From: Puccinia triticina
Taxonomy: Eukaryota
Reading direction: 5' to 3'
Assembly (NCBI GenBank): GCA_026914245.1
Contig: CP110440.1
Coordinates: 1 to 64,000 of the forward strand
Length of the DNA stretch: 64,000 nucleotides
The notes under the pieces were generated by a model that saw only the letters and a list, made by a program, of their open reading frames with translations, was not told the DNA's origin and did not search any database. A program made the position numbers and the translations under genes. Of the stretch, positions 48,844 to 63,024 are shown one piece after another (position 1 is the first letter of the stretch; each line of letters opens with the position of its first letter).

Positions 48844-49356
48844 GCCGCCTAGGTCGCCGGCTGGCCCAATACTGCTGACTGTAACTTAGCTGCACATTGC
48901 ACAAACACCCTCTGCAGCTGATTGCGGCGCTGGCAACAGCATGGAAGGTCAGGCCAATTTTCGGCGTGGGCTTACATGGACTCGTCACCCACTGAAGTTG
49001 GGATTCACTAGCTAATCTGCTCAGTGTGCAAACTAGGTAACCCAAAAATGCATGCATAACCTGCAACTGTCAATGGTTGATCACTCGCATAGCTTGGGCC
49101 CTGCGCAGAGGGAACATAGCCGTAAAAGACATCTCAGATTAACCAAGTAAATGTGGAATGAGTGCAAAAACAGAACAAAAACCTCCTTGCAGCCAACAAT
49201 GGCCGCAAAACATTCATTAAAGATAAATGGAAAGAGGTAAAGGGTATGTTCAACAACTTCGAGCAAATCTGATAAGTAATCAGAGTCATCATTGTAACAC
49301 AAGCCAGTGTCGACATCGTGGTGAATGAGAGACCCGGTCTACAGCATGCAAAACGA

Positions 49357-50320
49357 TTAAGCAAAGACAGCGAGGGCACCAGCGGTGGCAAGCATGAGAA
49401 ATCCGGGGCTAACGAAAGGGAATTTAGGGATGGGTGAGTTGGGGTCAAATTGTAGTTTGAGATGAATTTGCAGGGCTTACATTGCTCGAGACGCGTCGCT
49501 CTTGGGGGCCTGGCCTGCTGGTGTACCGGGCGTCGTAGTAGCAGTGTTAGTGGAGCTACCTGCACCGGATGAAGGGGTGGTCGTAGAACCGGTGGAAGGA
49601 GTAGGGGTGGTTGCACCGGTGGCTGGCTTGGCAGAGCTGTTTGAACCACTGGGAGAAGGTGCAGATTTGTCGCTAGAGCCGCCGCTGGTGGGGGCGGCGG
49701 TCTTGCAAGTCTGGGTGCTGGATTGAACGGAAAATTTGTCCGAGTAGTTCAATTGGCCTTTGCTGTCTCGGATTTGAACGGTCAACGAGGTACCAGCGGG
49801 TTGGTCGACATCCCTAGGAAGATTCAACGGGAAGAAACAAAGTAATTAGTGAGAAGCTCGTTGAAGAGCGGTTCAAGATTAAAGGACACAGATGATGGGC
49901 GAACCAAGTGAGGCTGTTATCGGAGTGTTGGCCAAAATCTTTCAGAGCGGCACTAGTGGGCTCACCACCTTTGATAATGCTGACATAGACAGGCGGAGTA
50001 CCACCAGTCCACTGCAGGATAATGCAACACGATGGTCAGTAAGACTCGTGCAAATGTCAACAGAAACGATGAATACTAACCGAAATGGCAACAGGAAGAC
50101 AAGCTTGGACAGAGACTTTTGGCAAGTAGTGGCAATACGTCAGTGGCTAGTTTGCGTGCGAGAGACAAGTCAAACCGAGTTGCTTACGAGGGGTGTTGAC
50201 AGTCAAAGGAGTTCCATCTCCGGCAGGGGCAGCGGAGGCGGCGGGGGCAGCAGGAGCGGCACCTTGACTAGCGGCTAGGTTGAAGAGAGCGGCCAAGGTG
50301 ATGATAATTTGGAGAGACAT
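49357..50320 (-). CDS. Secreted Ser/Thr-rich, probably GPI-anchored basidiomycete cell-surface protein (multi-exon)
   Basis: Signal MSLQIIITLAALFNLAASQ, then LTVNTP, CLPVAIS, WTGGTPP, AGTSLTVQIRDSKGQLNYS, an S/T/P tail and a hydrophobic end PGFLMLATAGALAVFA*. Confidence 0.85.
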
Positions 50321-51215
50321 GGTTTCTGAATTTGATGTGAATGCAGAGAAGCGAAGAAGATTGAGAGGTCAGGTGTCAATAAAGCAAGCGACTGATTGAT
50401 TGATGGCTAAAGGGTAAATTGGAGATTCGGGACTCGGGACTCGGAAAGGTATGATAGACAGAGGGAGTGGGTTGAGGAGGAAAGGAAAAAAAAGACGGGG
50501 GAAGTTTGATTTGGAAAGTGTGCGCTCGGTTGGGACAGGGGTACGCGGCAGGTCTTATAACGCAGGGCGGACTGGGGCAGTGGTTCCACGTTGGCGAGCC
50601 GGATTGGCAGAGCCGATAATTAGGTTGTGGCTGAGATGCCTGATTGAGAGTCAAGACTGAGACTTACCAGGGTCGATCTTGGGTTGGTAGCGAGGCGGAG
50701 GAGTGGTGGTGGGAAGAAATAGGTAATTGGGAACAACGAAGGACAAGTCTGGTGAGTGAATGAAGATGGTATGTAGTGGTCAGTGGTCAGTGGGCAATAG
50801 GGGCTGGCAGCGATGGCTGGAGCTGGGTATTAAAAATGCACGAGTTTCCTCTTTTTTTTTTTGGTGGATGGTGGTGGCTTGGCTCGCCCGGACGTCAACC
50901 CAGCAGCGACATGGCGCACCCTCGAAGTCTCATGATAAACAGGGACCACTCTGGCAGCCGTGGAGCCATGACGCTTAAGTGCATAGAGACACTGTCAGCA
51001 TCAGTGACAGGCGTGAAAAGCCAGAAGAAGCGGGTGGGAATCGTGGACAATGACGCTATCGACATGAGCACCGCTGAAGTATGCACTTACACACGAGTAG
51101 TATGCGGCTCTTGCTGTCCGGAGATCGCTCCTGATCGCTCCAATGGGTGGCCGTCTGTGCGATCAAGAATGGCTTGCGGCGAATGAAGAAGAGTTAGAGA
51201 GAGCGTGGTGGCTGG

Positions 51216-51309
51216 CTAACTTAGCTAATTTCCCTCCTCGGGGGAGCGAAGGAGGGTCCCTGCGGGACGGTGTCCCCCCTCCACATAGAGAGGGACTTAG
51301 TTAAGTTAG
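51216..51309. mobile_element. 94-bp MITE with 9-bp TSD
   Basis: TIRs CTAACTTAGCTAATTTCCCTC / GAGGGACTTAGTTAAGTTAG and perfect flanking GGTGGCTGG. Confidence 0.85.
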
Positions 51310-52520
51310 GGTGGCTGGACTGATCGGCTTGACATGAGTGTCGGCTCTTGGACTACAATACTCCAGGAGCTTCTTATGCATCATCCTGCTGACCGCCAAG
51401 TCTCCGAGGCCGAGGCAGGGTCATCATGAAGCTCTTGACTTTATCCTGCTTCTGCCACTTCCGCCGGCTCCTCAGAAACAACATTGACACCATTTGATTC
51501 TGACTCACTGGGGCCACTGTCGACGGCCGTCACAGCCTACAGGGGAGTCACGCCTCTTTTTTTGCTGAGACAAGTGGTCTCGGTCTGCTCTGGCCCTTCC
51601 CAGGGTTCGTTGCCACGTGAAGACCCAATGACATCGGAGACCGCCCCTGACCGCCCTCAATGTGGCTGTGATCAAAATCAATCACACGGAGATAAGTCTC
51701 ATCGAAGGATTACATCTGGGTACATTGCGTTCTGTCTGCTGGACGCTCGGCTTCCGATGAATTCAGAATCGACTGCAGCTCGGCAGCAGATTTCGCGGTT
51801 CGAGTGCTCTCATCGATCATCTGTCCGTCCACATGGTGATCAGTTTCCGGAGGATCAGCCATCATCAACCTCAAATCATCCCACCCTTCCCGAAACATCA
51901 ATCCAATCGAAACCATTCCGTAATCCCCCAAACCTAATCCAAAGGGTTTTTGATAGCTAACCTCTGCTATGTAAATATACTCATCACAAATTTCCGATCG
52001 TCCTTATCTGAATCCAGCTACAACCACGAACAAAAGTATTCCCAACTTCGCATTCCTGCTACCACTGTGCCAACCAATGATGTCTTACTCCTTTTGAAGT
52101 CCATGTCTCCAATATACTTGTGGGTCATATGAAACACCACCCAATGAATTTGGTCACACAAACTAAACCATCCCACCAGACTGGCTTGCTGTCTGGTTTG
52201 AAAAATCTGTGATTGAGTGTAGTTTACCTTGGCTTTCATACAAACAAAATGCCCCAATTCCTGTGACAGAGTTATGAACATTGATCCATTGAGGTAATTA
52301 GCATAACTCAACATGCATGGATATATCAAGAGAAGGAATCTTGCTTCATTTCACTCTACCATACATGTAACCATCCACCAATTATTTCCAAAAATTCTAC
52401 CTGAAATGTTTTTTGGGAGAGCACTGGAAGAATGACATGAAACCAAGACTGGGCCTATTGCGCTAAATCACATTAGCTCTGCTCAAAGCTAAATGTAGTT
52501 GAGAGCCACTGAATTTTCAG

Positions 52521-52750
52521 GCTATTATAATCAGGGGGGTTTGCAATAGGATAAAAATAAAAATTTATTGTCAATTTTAAGGCCTTTATCAACAAATTTT
52601 TATAAATATGGCAAGATGTACAGGATTGAATGTCCCCTGAAAACCAGAGCAACTTCTTCATTTTTAAAAAATTGTTCATCAAGGCCTTAAAATTGGCTCT
52701 AAAATTTTACTTTTATCCTATTGTGAACCCCCCCCCCCCCCCCTATTAGC
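52521..52750. mobile_element. Degenerate hairpin MITE-like element
   Basis: GGGGTTTGCAATAGGATAAAA...TTTTAAGGCCTT is mirrored by AAGGCCTTAAAA...TTTTATCCTATTGTGAACCCC. No clear TSD. Confidence 0.6.
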
Positions 52751-55700
52751 TTGAGCTGTGATATCAGACCCTCACAGGTGCGCAAGGGGCTATCACTCAA
52801 TATTGGCGCGGTACAAATACCACACCTAAAAGCGCACTAAGACAACTTAAGGTTGTAACCAACCAGAAAGAATCACAGAAATCCAAAGAACCTCCATCAA
52901 GGATAGTCCAATGAAGGTTTGTACTGTAAACTAGCCTCAAGAATAGAGATGACCGCCGCGGAGTTTATCCCGCATAACAGAGACTGACTCTATATAAGTA
53001 AAGGTCTCTATTGAAGAGGAGAGAGACCCTTGATTTCCTGATACCAAGCCCGCGCATATTGTAGACTACTTATTATCTAAAGTAGTATCCAATTGGGGCT
53101 TTTGACAAGAGGTCCTGTTACATTTTTTCTTCTACCTTTCCTCCTTACTTCTTACTTCACTCCAACTCTTCCTCCAACTCATCCCTTTCCTTTTGCTTAA
53201 ACCAGCCTACTTCCCACCTCCCACCTCACTCAAGTAAGTCTTTTCATTCCTGATACTATCTGAGTCTATCCTTGAGTTCCCTATCTCCAGAGGTCTGCCA
53301 GACCCGGTAGCATTTTCTCTACCAGTCTCCCATGCTACAGGGGGGTTTTCATCTCACAATATTATTATCTTTGGTACTTGTAAAGTACTTTCCTATTTGT
53401 TGGTTTACCACAGAAGATGTGCCTGCCGACATGCTGAGCTCCACTAATCCTACATTGCAACTAATTAGTTGGCTGCTTCAGCTGATTAACTGCAATTTGC
53501 AGCCAAACATGTACTTTTTCTTGAAAATTTTGTAGCTGTAATTGTAGCTTACTATCAGCTAAAATGTAATATTAGCTCAGGAGCCATAACAACTGCTATA
53601 TTGTAAAAGCTACAAAGCTAAGTGTAGCACAACCAGAATTCTGATAGGTTACTTGTGCTACTAATAATATAAATGATTGACTGCTGGATAACAAGATCAA
53701 TAGGGGCAAATGGCCCCCTATGGCTAATATATTTTCTGATATCTACTCCTCTGCACTGGCAGATATTGTGTCAGACATCAAAAAATAAAATTCCTCAAAG
53801 TGCAATATTGTAACACACTTCCTTTAATGTTAATGGTAAAAGTAAAAAAAAAAAAAACTGTGTGAATATTGGTATGTTACCAATAACCGTACCATACCTA
53901 CCCATGGGTGGTGTGCTACTTCTTTTGATTTTTAGTAAAATAGAACACACCTCACCCATCATAGGAACCTACAAGGGCAGACAGATACCTGCTGAAGGGT
54001 GGCAGATACCTGCAAACAGGTTTGAAAGTGCCATCTAAAACTTGAAATGAGTCTGCACATCTGGCCTAACTGGCCAACCAATATGAATTCTTGGTTTTAC
54101 ATTTTGCCCTGGGTAGATTGAAGGGTGAAATCAAAAAGAGATTTTTGAACTAGCAATATATTTTCTTCACTGGCATCAACTTATATTGATAGGTTGAACT
54201 CAATTTCCTTGCAACATGTTCTGGGGTGTGCAAATTGCACATATGGATTATCATGAGTAGAGGAGGTGTATACATGGAAGCAATACACAGTGACACACCT
54301 GAGCATTCCAGCTACAACACAACACTACCAATCAAACTTTCAAAATTAGAGATCACATGCAATTTTGGTCATAAGCTGTTGCTCAACTTGGTTGACCCAC
54401 CAAAGGAACTCCCAAAAAAAGTGAACAAGTCATTGAATGACTTCCTGTCCAATCTAGGACACTTCCAGATGTCAATATGGACCAAGAAAGTCCAGATTTC
54501 TGCATGCAAATCAGCTTTTGAGGATCTAAATTAATTCAATCTTGAGGGGAGCCCCAGGTCTTGAGGGGAGCCCCAGGTCTCAGCAGGAAGTCACCCATGT
54601 GTTGAAACTTGTGCTCCATTGTGCGCTCTGCTTGCTCTGTTCTGTGCTTTTCTCTGCGCCGCATATCACAATCACCATTCTTAACCTAAATATTCATCCC
54701 GGCCACTCACTCACCATTCTTGCTCCAACATCACCTTCATTATCAATCATCAACTACTTACTCAAGATTCCAACATTGCTCAATTCCAATCCACATTGAT
54801 CCGCTGCTATCTAAAAGATCAAGATGCACTCTGAAACCACTCCTCTCACTTGTCTATCACACAAGTCCAGCAAAGGTCTAACTTGGAACACCTGCATTAG
54901 CTTCCAACTTGGTGAGAAATGTAGCCCATCATCTCCATACTCCCTCCTCTCATTGACCTTCAACACTAACTTCTTTTTTTATTCTTATTAGTCTTCCATC
55001 TTAGATCTCTCAATGCTATTTGTTTTACTTCTTATTTCTCTTGTTTCCTATAATCATAGGGTTTGTCTCCTCTTATTCTTCATCTCAAGTTATCCACTAC
55101 TAATCTTTGTCACTCGTTCTCAGATTCATTAGACTCATCTCTATCCTCCTATCTGTTGTCTATTTTTAGATTTATAGCTTCTTTTTCAGGGTTGGTTTAT
55201 CTCTTTTCTTCTTTTCTCTTGCTTGACTTCATTGTTCTCACAATCCTGTTTTTTCTCCAGCTTCTGGTCTTTATCTTTAGTGAAATACAGTCTTAGGTCC
55301 AATACCATGTCATCCCCCAATCATCAACCAGCAATTCCCCCCAAAATCATGTGCAAATCTGTGCAAATCCATTGACTTTGGTCCTTTTGGTGTCATGCTT
55401 TTTTTTCTGATTACTTTGATGATCATTTTTTTCTATAAATCTTTTGGGATTCAAAACTAGATAAAACACAAAATCTCAACATCTAGACATATGAAGAACA
55501 GGAAAAGAAAGAAAGAAAAGAGAGAAGAGAAGAGAAGAGGAAAAACATAGAAGTGCTTTTGTATGTAGGAAGATATATCTGTTTTGGAATTTAAAGAAAC
55601 ACAAGAGCAAGGAAAGATGGATGTATGTGAGGCACTTTCGACCTTGCTTTTGCAATGTAAGATTAGTTTCTTTTTTTTGAATCAGTTGGTTTCCCTCATG

Positions 55701-55874
55701 AAGAAAAAAAAAACTCAGGAAGAGAAATAAAATGGAGTTTGGTTTTATATACATCGGACTAAAACACATTTAACCTGTTGTCTAAATTTACATATATATT
55801 GATATATGTGAAATACGTCTTGATGCTTTGCTTGTTCGACTGGATTCAACCTGGGATATATGGGTTTGCCTCAT

Positions 55875-58800
55875 TCAATCTTCATAATCCTGTTGTGCGG
55901 GGTAAGATCGATCTTGAAGTCAGTTGGAATCGCAGGAATTGGGACAAATGATGGTGAATAGTTACTTACCTGTAGCAGTTCGGCATCATCATCCAAGCTA
56001 ACTTGTCGGTATCCTTGTCGACCTCCACCAACCCACTTAGTGACCAAAGGACTCGTGATTAAATAGCCCCACAACGCGCTTCCGACGCCGAGCAGGAACC
56101 AAGGAATGCTGGCTATCGTGTCTAGCATTTCACTAACTCCGGTCTCACCACCTGGTCTGCGACCTCCATCTGGCAAATGAATCACTCCTCGTCTCCAACC
56201 CGAGACATCTCCGCCTGCTCTTCGTCTCATCCACCAAAAGCCGCCCAGCCCAAAGAGGATCGCCGGGGCCACGACCACAGTTCCCCACCAGAATACCCCG
56301 TGTCCGGATGCATTGGGGCAAATGTGCTGACGGCCCTTGTCGAGTTGAATACCTCCTTCACAACTTGAATAAGGTATTTTCCTGAACTCCGTTCTTTCAT
56401 GCCAGAACGATTCATTCCAGGCGCAATTCGGTTCGGAGGCTAATGGCGTAGCGCCGGGTACCAAAACACATTTGTGACTGATCGGGTCCCGTCTATAATT
56501 GAATTCGCACTCGAAATCCTCCTCGGAACACAAACAATTCCGCTGGATTTTGTGTGGCTGGGGTAGTTTCTCGCCGACGTAACAAAGACGTGAGGGTGAT
56601 CGGACTCTGCGGTAGTATAAAGTCTGGCGCCCAAACAGGCACGGCTCGGTTCGAGTTTCTGATGGTGACCATAATTCAAAATCGTCATGATTCGGATCAG
56701 TTGTATCCAAAACACCTGCGGCCCAAAAATTACCGATTCAATTTATCAGCCACTTCAGTCAATAATTTGTGATCCCTTATCCATGACAAGACAAACTGAC
56801 ATTTCACATTTGTGATCTTCGAGAAGTCCAAGTGAATGACTACGGTACTCTGTCCAGATTGCTTTGTGAAACCGAATAAGATGAACTTCCGGCTCGTATC
56901 GTCAGGGACAGTCAGGATTGACGTCACTCTGATCGGCGTATCCCCGAAGACATATTCACTCCATGTAAGACCTTCATCAAGGGTATATTTGACTCGATCA
57001 GTTGGGCCTTCATCGTTTACCAAGACCAAGATCGAGCCCTGATCTCCATATTCCCACATGTGGGCATCTTTTGCAACCTCTTCCCATGTGAAGCCGCCAT
57101 CCCGAGTTAAGAACGTGTCCGACTCCTTGTAAGGCGCAAGACTATGGCCGACATTCCCAACAGCCATCATTAAACCAACGGCGGAGGGGGAGCTGTAAGT
57201 GGCTCGCGGATCGACTCGCTCGGTGTAGCCATGGATGTGAAGTGCGCAAGCCGTCGACGAACAGCTGTATGGCTGTCCAAGAGAGTCCTTGGCCGGTGGG
57301 GCGATTGGCTTCCACCGACCACCATCATTATGTGTGATTCGGGTGACTAGTTTCTTTTGTCGAGTGACGATTGCTTCATCTGGATTACTGACAATATTCA
57401 TGACGGCTATTCCGTCAAGACCCATCATCTTCTCAAAGTCGACATATCCTTTACTATTGCGATTGACGTGATCGAGGGATAAGGAATAATAGGTACCGTT
57501 TGAATTAGACTTGAACAGAGATCCGAATTCCGATCCAGCTTGTCCATTCGTAGTCACGTGCAAAAAGACGGCATCCGTTGTCGACTCCAAGACCGTGTAT
57601 GCTTTATTCTCAATCTTGAGGTTCGGGGGGAATTGGGCCAACGCAAAATGAGATCCGTCCATTGATGCAAACAGGTTCAAGTGTTCTCCGTTTGAAGCGA
57701 TTTGGGCGACAACCATGAATTCTTCGAACGTAGCAAATCCAACGATCGACTCGAACAGCCTCTTCTTTTCATCATAGAAGTTGCGACCTTCGATTAATTG
57801 AAGTGGATTATCGTCCATCGCTTTCTGCGAGCCCCGTTTGTGTTGATATGCTTGGCAAAATATGAGTCGCTCGTCAGCCTTGAATTTCTTGTCGCGCCCC
57901 CAACTACAAACTCGAACATAGTCGTCGATTTTATTCCAATAGCGACCGTTATCCTTCGAATAATAAGCCACCGCCTTGCAATTGTCACCCTGACTTTCGA
58001 TGCATCCCTCGCTACCAGTCCAGATCAGCCAATCTGGCCGGGTGGGATGGAAATCCAATAGAGGTATCCCCAGAAGATTCGCTTCCAAGGGAGTCCTGAG
58101 ATTATTCCAACTGGAGCCTTTATCGGTGGTATAATAGATCGTTCGATCCGGTGCAATAAGATAGGCCCGATCACGAGAATAAGGATGAATTTGCAGCGAG
58201 ATAAACTTGACATCTTTCACTGGTTCATCCCAGCTAAACCCTTGATTTTTAGACTGCCAGACCTGGTTCTCGGATGTAAAGACTAGCACGGTGTGACTGT
58301 CTTCAAAATAGACCTGCTCCAAAACTAATCCGGGGAATTGGAATCGTTGATGGGTTACTTGACCAGGCGCGGCGTTTCCTTCGGTACAATCCTTGAGCTT
58401 AGGTTCATCCTTCTTCAATCCAATCGCACGGTTACATGTATTTCCTGGTATCAGTCGATATCCAGATGAGCCAAGAAACTTGTCGTTGGGGTTGGCACAT
58501 TGGCCGGCTGGAATCGTCTCAGGTGCCGACAGGATACATAAGCCATTGTCGGGTGCATAGTTATAATCACTAATTGTTAATTGTCAGCTAGAGCTTTGCA
58601 TATAAACTTCCAAAAGAAGACAATGAAATAACAAACCATTCAAAATCTTCGTCGGTACATGGACAATTCTCTTCATGACTCTCTGGTTCCTGGAATTTCT
58701 CTCCGACGTAGCAATCGGCATCAGGTTTTCTGCGTTTGAAAAATTGCTAAAAGTCCGGGCAGAGAATTCTAGTCTCAGTAAAAGAAAGCTTGAAAATTTG

Positions 58801-61016
58801 GGTGCAGCAATAAAACCAAGCCCGGATGGAAGCACCTTATGACCCATCAAACAGTCGGGATGACCATCCACCTTTCTGGCATACCAGTTTTCAAAATCCG
58901 AATCTTTGCACTTCTTTCGATTCATTTGACTGAAGTCTAGTTGGATCACTACTTGTCTGTCGGCCTTTGACGACGAAGGTAAAGATTTTTTAGGTATCGT
59001 TCCCAACAAGAGGAATTTTTGAGAAGTTGCGTCGGGTACAGAGGTTAATAGCTTGACTCTCAGCTTTTGGTTGAAGTTGTAAGTCGACCTATGAATGTAG
59101 TGCGATGTATATATCGATAAGTGAGACGAAGGAGTATGCATTAAAACGGAAATGATAAGAGATAGGGACAAACCAAGTTTTCCCAAAATTGAAGCTATAA
59201 TCCACCTCATCCGTGGTTTCCTCGTCATCGACCATCACCAGTAGACCACCTTGATCTCCGATTTCGTATTTCCTTGCACCCTCTTTAACCATTTTCCAAT
59301 TCAAGCCGCCATCTATGCTTAGGAATGTATCGCCTTCCACGTATGGTAGCAAGTGTTCTCCGACATTTCCTATCCCCATCAATATCCCCGGGGATGGCGT
59401 CGAGAATACCCGTCCAAAATTGTGCGGTTGAGTGACGGAATGGAGATGTAGAGCGCATGATTGAATATCTGAGACATCACAGTGAAATTTGCTCCCATGG
59501 GCATCGACGGCGGGGGCCTTGACCAAGGACCAATGGCCTCCATCATCGAAGGTGATTTTAGTTTGGACTTTCTTGCGCTCTTTGGAGCCTTTGACTTCGT
59601 CGACGTTCAAAACGGTATTTGCGATGGAGATGCCTTCGATGGAAACAACTTTCTCGAAATCTACGATACCGGATGAGGAACGAGAGGTATTTTCTAGACT
59701 TTTGATGAAATGAGTTCCATTTGAATCAGAAGTAAACATCGTCCCTGCGCCGGCGGCTGGGTTGGTTAGAACGTCGACCATGATTGAATGGGGTGTTGAT
59801 TCGACGATCGTGTACGCGTTTTCTTTGAGACCGTGACCGTGTGGGAAGTTAGCTCTTGCCCAATTCAAGCCGTCACTAGTGACAAAGAGTAGCATTTCAT
59901 CTGGACTGGATTGGCCGTCGATCGCCTCTGAAAAGATGCTACCAGGCTTCAAGGCTACGACGATGTATCGCTGTACAGCACCCATTCCGACGACACCCCG
60001 ACCGTTTTTGCCGAGACCGAGATCGACATACTGACGGTCTTTGACAAAGAAATCTTTGCTGCTGTATAGACGGGATTCACGATCGTTAACCATTTGGCCG
60101 GCCAATGCTTTCAATCGATCGAGTAATGATGCCGAGGTGGATTTCAAGCTTTTCGAATCAGACTGATCGCCAGGGGCCTCCTTGGTTATACAGTAAATCA
60201 TCTCTTCTGGGACGGAAGACGAGAAGTGTTTGTTTGAATACGCCCACATGCATTTGGTCGAATGCTGGATCATCATTTTGGGCTGCGTTTCGAATGCATC
60301 GGAAGTAACCCAAGTCTAATTATTTTATTTTATTTTGAAAAGAATTGGAATGATCAGCATATTGCTCGGAATAAAGCGAAGACGTGGCTTACTTCATCGT
60401 AACATAATTTGCCCTTCCAACTTCCCAAACTTTCGCACTTCTGACCGCTGAAGAGGATCCAATTCCATTTGGTGGAGTGGAAGGCTAAGGGGGATCCAGA
60501 GATGCTCGGTTGATCGGAGGTGGTAAAGCTCTGCCAGCTATCTCCCCTGTTGATCGTCCTCCAATGTTTACTGCCCCGACTGAGGATGAATGCAACCCGG
60601 TTATCCCAGGTATGTTCGACGACCAACCAAGCGTCACCGGTGGGTACGGCTGAGATCAAGTTCCAGGTTTTGCCTTCGTCAGTCGATCTCCAGACCTCCC
60701 TGAGGATTGAATCGTGAGATAGGATGATCGGTGTATCCTCGAAGTAAATTAGCTTGGATGGCATATGCTTGAATTTTGTGATAGTCGAGCTGGGATCTTT
60801 GGCTGCATTGAGAGGGAGGATGAGGCTTGAGAGGATGAGGAGGATGATGGTGAGGAGGCTGATGGTTGTTGATTTGAGAAGTGGATATGGGTAAATTGAG
60901 GAGCTGGGTGGATTCCGGGATGTGGTTGGGAAGGTTCTTTCGGTTTTCGAGGAGGAGGATGTTGCTGTTGTCTTTGGGCGTGTTCCTGGCTGAGTTTTGT
61001 CATCGTGGTAGTCCAT
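55875..61016 (-). CDS. VPS10: Vacuolar protein sorting receptor Vps10 (two sortilin domains), multi-exon
   Basis: Multiple Asp-box repeats ([24 protein letters not shown]), two Cys-rich 10CC regions ([12 protein letters not shown]), a TM helix, and tail [19 protein letters not shown] with YxxPhi and DxxLL motifs. Confidence 0.95.
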
Positions 61017-61952
61017 CCTTGTGTTTGTTGGCTGATCTGTAGTTCGTTCTGCGTGAGTTGCTGTTGACCATCCACCACTAATCTGCCGCTGCCAGCTGGC
61101 GTGGTCTTGATGACGACAGACCCTGGGGGACATGTCACACACATCCACCCCACCGAGCGCGGGAGTGCCGAACGCCCATTGCCCTCCGGATGTCACAGAT
61201 GTTGGCATGACAAGTCCCCGATTGGCAAGATCACTCTGTCGGTAGTGGTACCCGGCGGCAGAGTTCACGACTTGAGAACCGTCGATAGACTTTTCTCGGT
61301 CTTGGTTGATACCGCTGCTGGAACTTCGGAAGCGCTATTAACTAAACAGATCAAGTTTGAACCCATGTGAGTCTGCGCTGCCCTTTTTGATCGTGTAGCC
61401 ATAACATGTGACCACTGGCTCCAAATCATGATCAAGTTCTCGTTTAATTTTGGGGATGATTGAAGAAGGTTTGTCAGACGGTGGTCATATAATTTGATTT
61501 TGCAATTCTTTTGGTGGAAAGCCCTGGCGGCCACATGTTGGCATCAACCAGCCAACTGTTTTCTGTGGTCAGGAGAGTACATACTCCCCTTACGAATCGA
61601 CCGCAATCGGAAACATAACATCCTCCAGGCGCTTGAGCTTTGGATGAGCTGCTGATAAGCTAGGTCATTTTGGGTAGGGTTTATAGGTTTGCTACGTCAT
61701 TTTGGGTACACAGCAGCAAGTGTTGACCATGATAGAATTGTTAATGTGCGTATAGACTGTACGGTACATGTCAATATAAGCTGGTCGGTCTGATCATATA
61801 TAGACTTCGATAGATACATATGTCGTAAAGAATTATAAAGATTATTAAGAAGGAAGTGATTATTTTTGGTACATTTTCATATAGAACACTATCCTGACAA
61901 ATCACCTGGGCAAGCCATGAAAACTCTGGTCTCTTGAGTGTTCGCCGAGTCA

Positions 61953-62514
61953 CTATTGTTTATAGTGCTTTGGTTGATCTTCTCCTCGGAGTCGAGCCTC
62001 GCCAGCAGCAACTTCGTGCTCTTTTCCGAAAGCTGTATTTTTTGCGTCGCGCCCCAACGTCAAAATCCGAATCCAAATCAAAATCAAAACAAGCTGTCAG
62101 CCTGACCGCCGCGCGAGTTTGTTCGGATGTGAAGAGGAGAAGGCAGCAAGTCTTGCGCTTTGGACATTCACTCAACTCTTTCCGGCAATCTTCTTGGCGT
62201 ATCCTTCCACCTTGGCTTTGAAGGGCACTCGAGTTTGCGTCTCATCGACCTTGGTTATGCTTCCTAGAGGATGAACTACGTCAGAGGGTCAAAAATGAGC
62301 AAACGTTTTTCGGAGTCATCAACCTCTACTTCTGGATCTAGGGGTCATAAGCGATCATCACGACCGATCTCAACGACATACCGATTACATTCTCGTCAGG
62401 ACGGCTTGCCTCATTCTGGATGTTAGCACCCTGAGTGTTTCCAGCCAGACCGGGATGATGGTCAGCTGCAGGTTGGGTGTGGTTGAAGTGAGCACCGTGG
62501 TCATGAGCTTCCAT
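61953..62514 (-). CDS. Small hydrophilic hypothetical protein, 3 exons (absent from the ORF track)
   Basis: MEAHDHGAHF...NVI, intron GTATGT..TAG, VHPLG...VPFKAKVEGYAKKIAGK, intron, TFGKEHEVAAGEARLRGE...Q*. Phases are compatible but the second donor (GTTGAG) is weak. Confidence 0.55.
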
Positions 62515-63024
62515 GATAGGGTGATGTGGAGCGTGTGACTTGGTATGGTCGGTTGAGTTTGTTGGATGCGGCTGCTTCTCTGGAAAAGCTGATCATGAGC
62601 TTACACTCACGGAGTGACGTCATATGTTGATCACGCAGCGCTGCCCTGGTTTATCAGCACACTCAGGGGGCCAGCCGCTTCCCGATCGCACTCCCCGAGG
62701 CCATTGGGCACTTCCCAGTGCTTACTGACAAATATTTAAATAAATATGTATATGCTTCTCGCGCCTCCTCGGAGAGACTTACAATTCAAGCTCGAGACTT
62801 GAGGGCCTTCATTCGAGACTCGACGGAGCTCCTCGCAGTCTGAGATGTGTGAATGTGATCAAGATCAAGGGTCTGCTGACTCACGGCCACTCTCGGGGTG
62901 CGTCCGGTAGGCTGGCCATCGGGGGAAATCTCGGGTACATAGACCGTGGACTGCGAATCTGGAGGCGAGAAAAAAAAAAAGAAGAAAAAGGAAGAACCCG
63001 GCGGGAACCAACAACAGCAGCAGC

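Noticed and set aside
52757..53122. Possible solo LTR (TGT...ACA with TATA box)
   Set aside because: No TSD and no second copy in the window.
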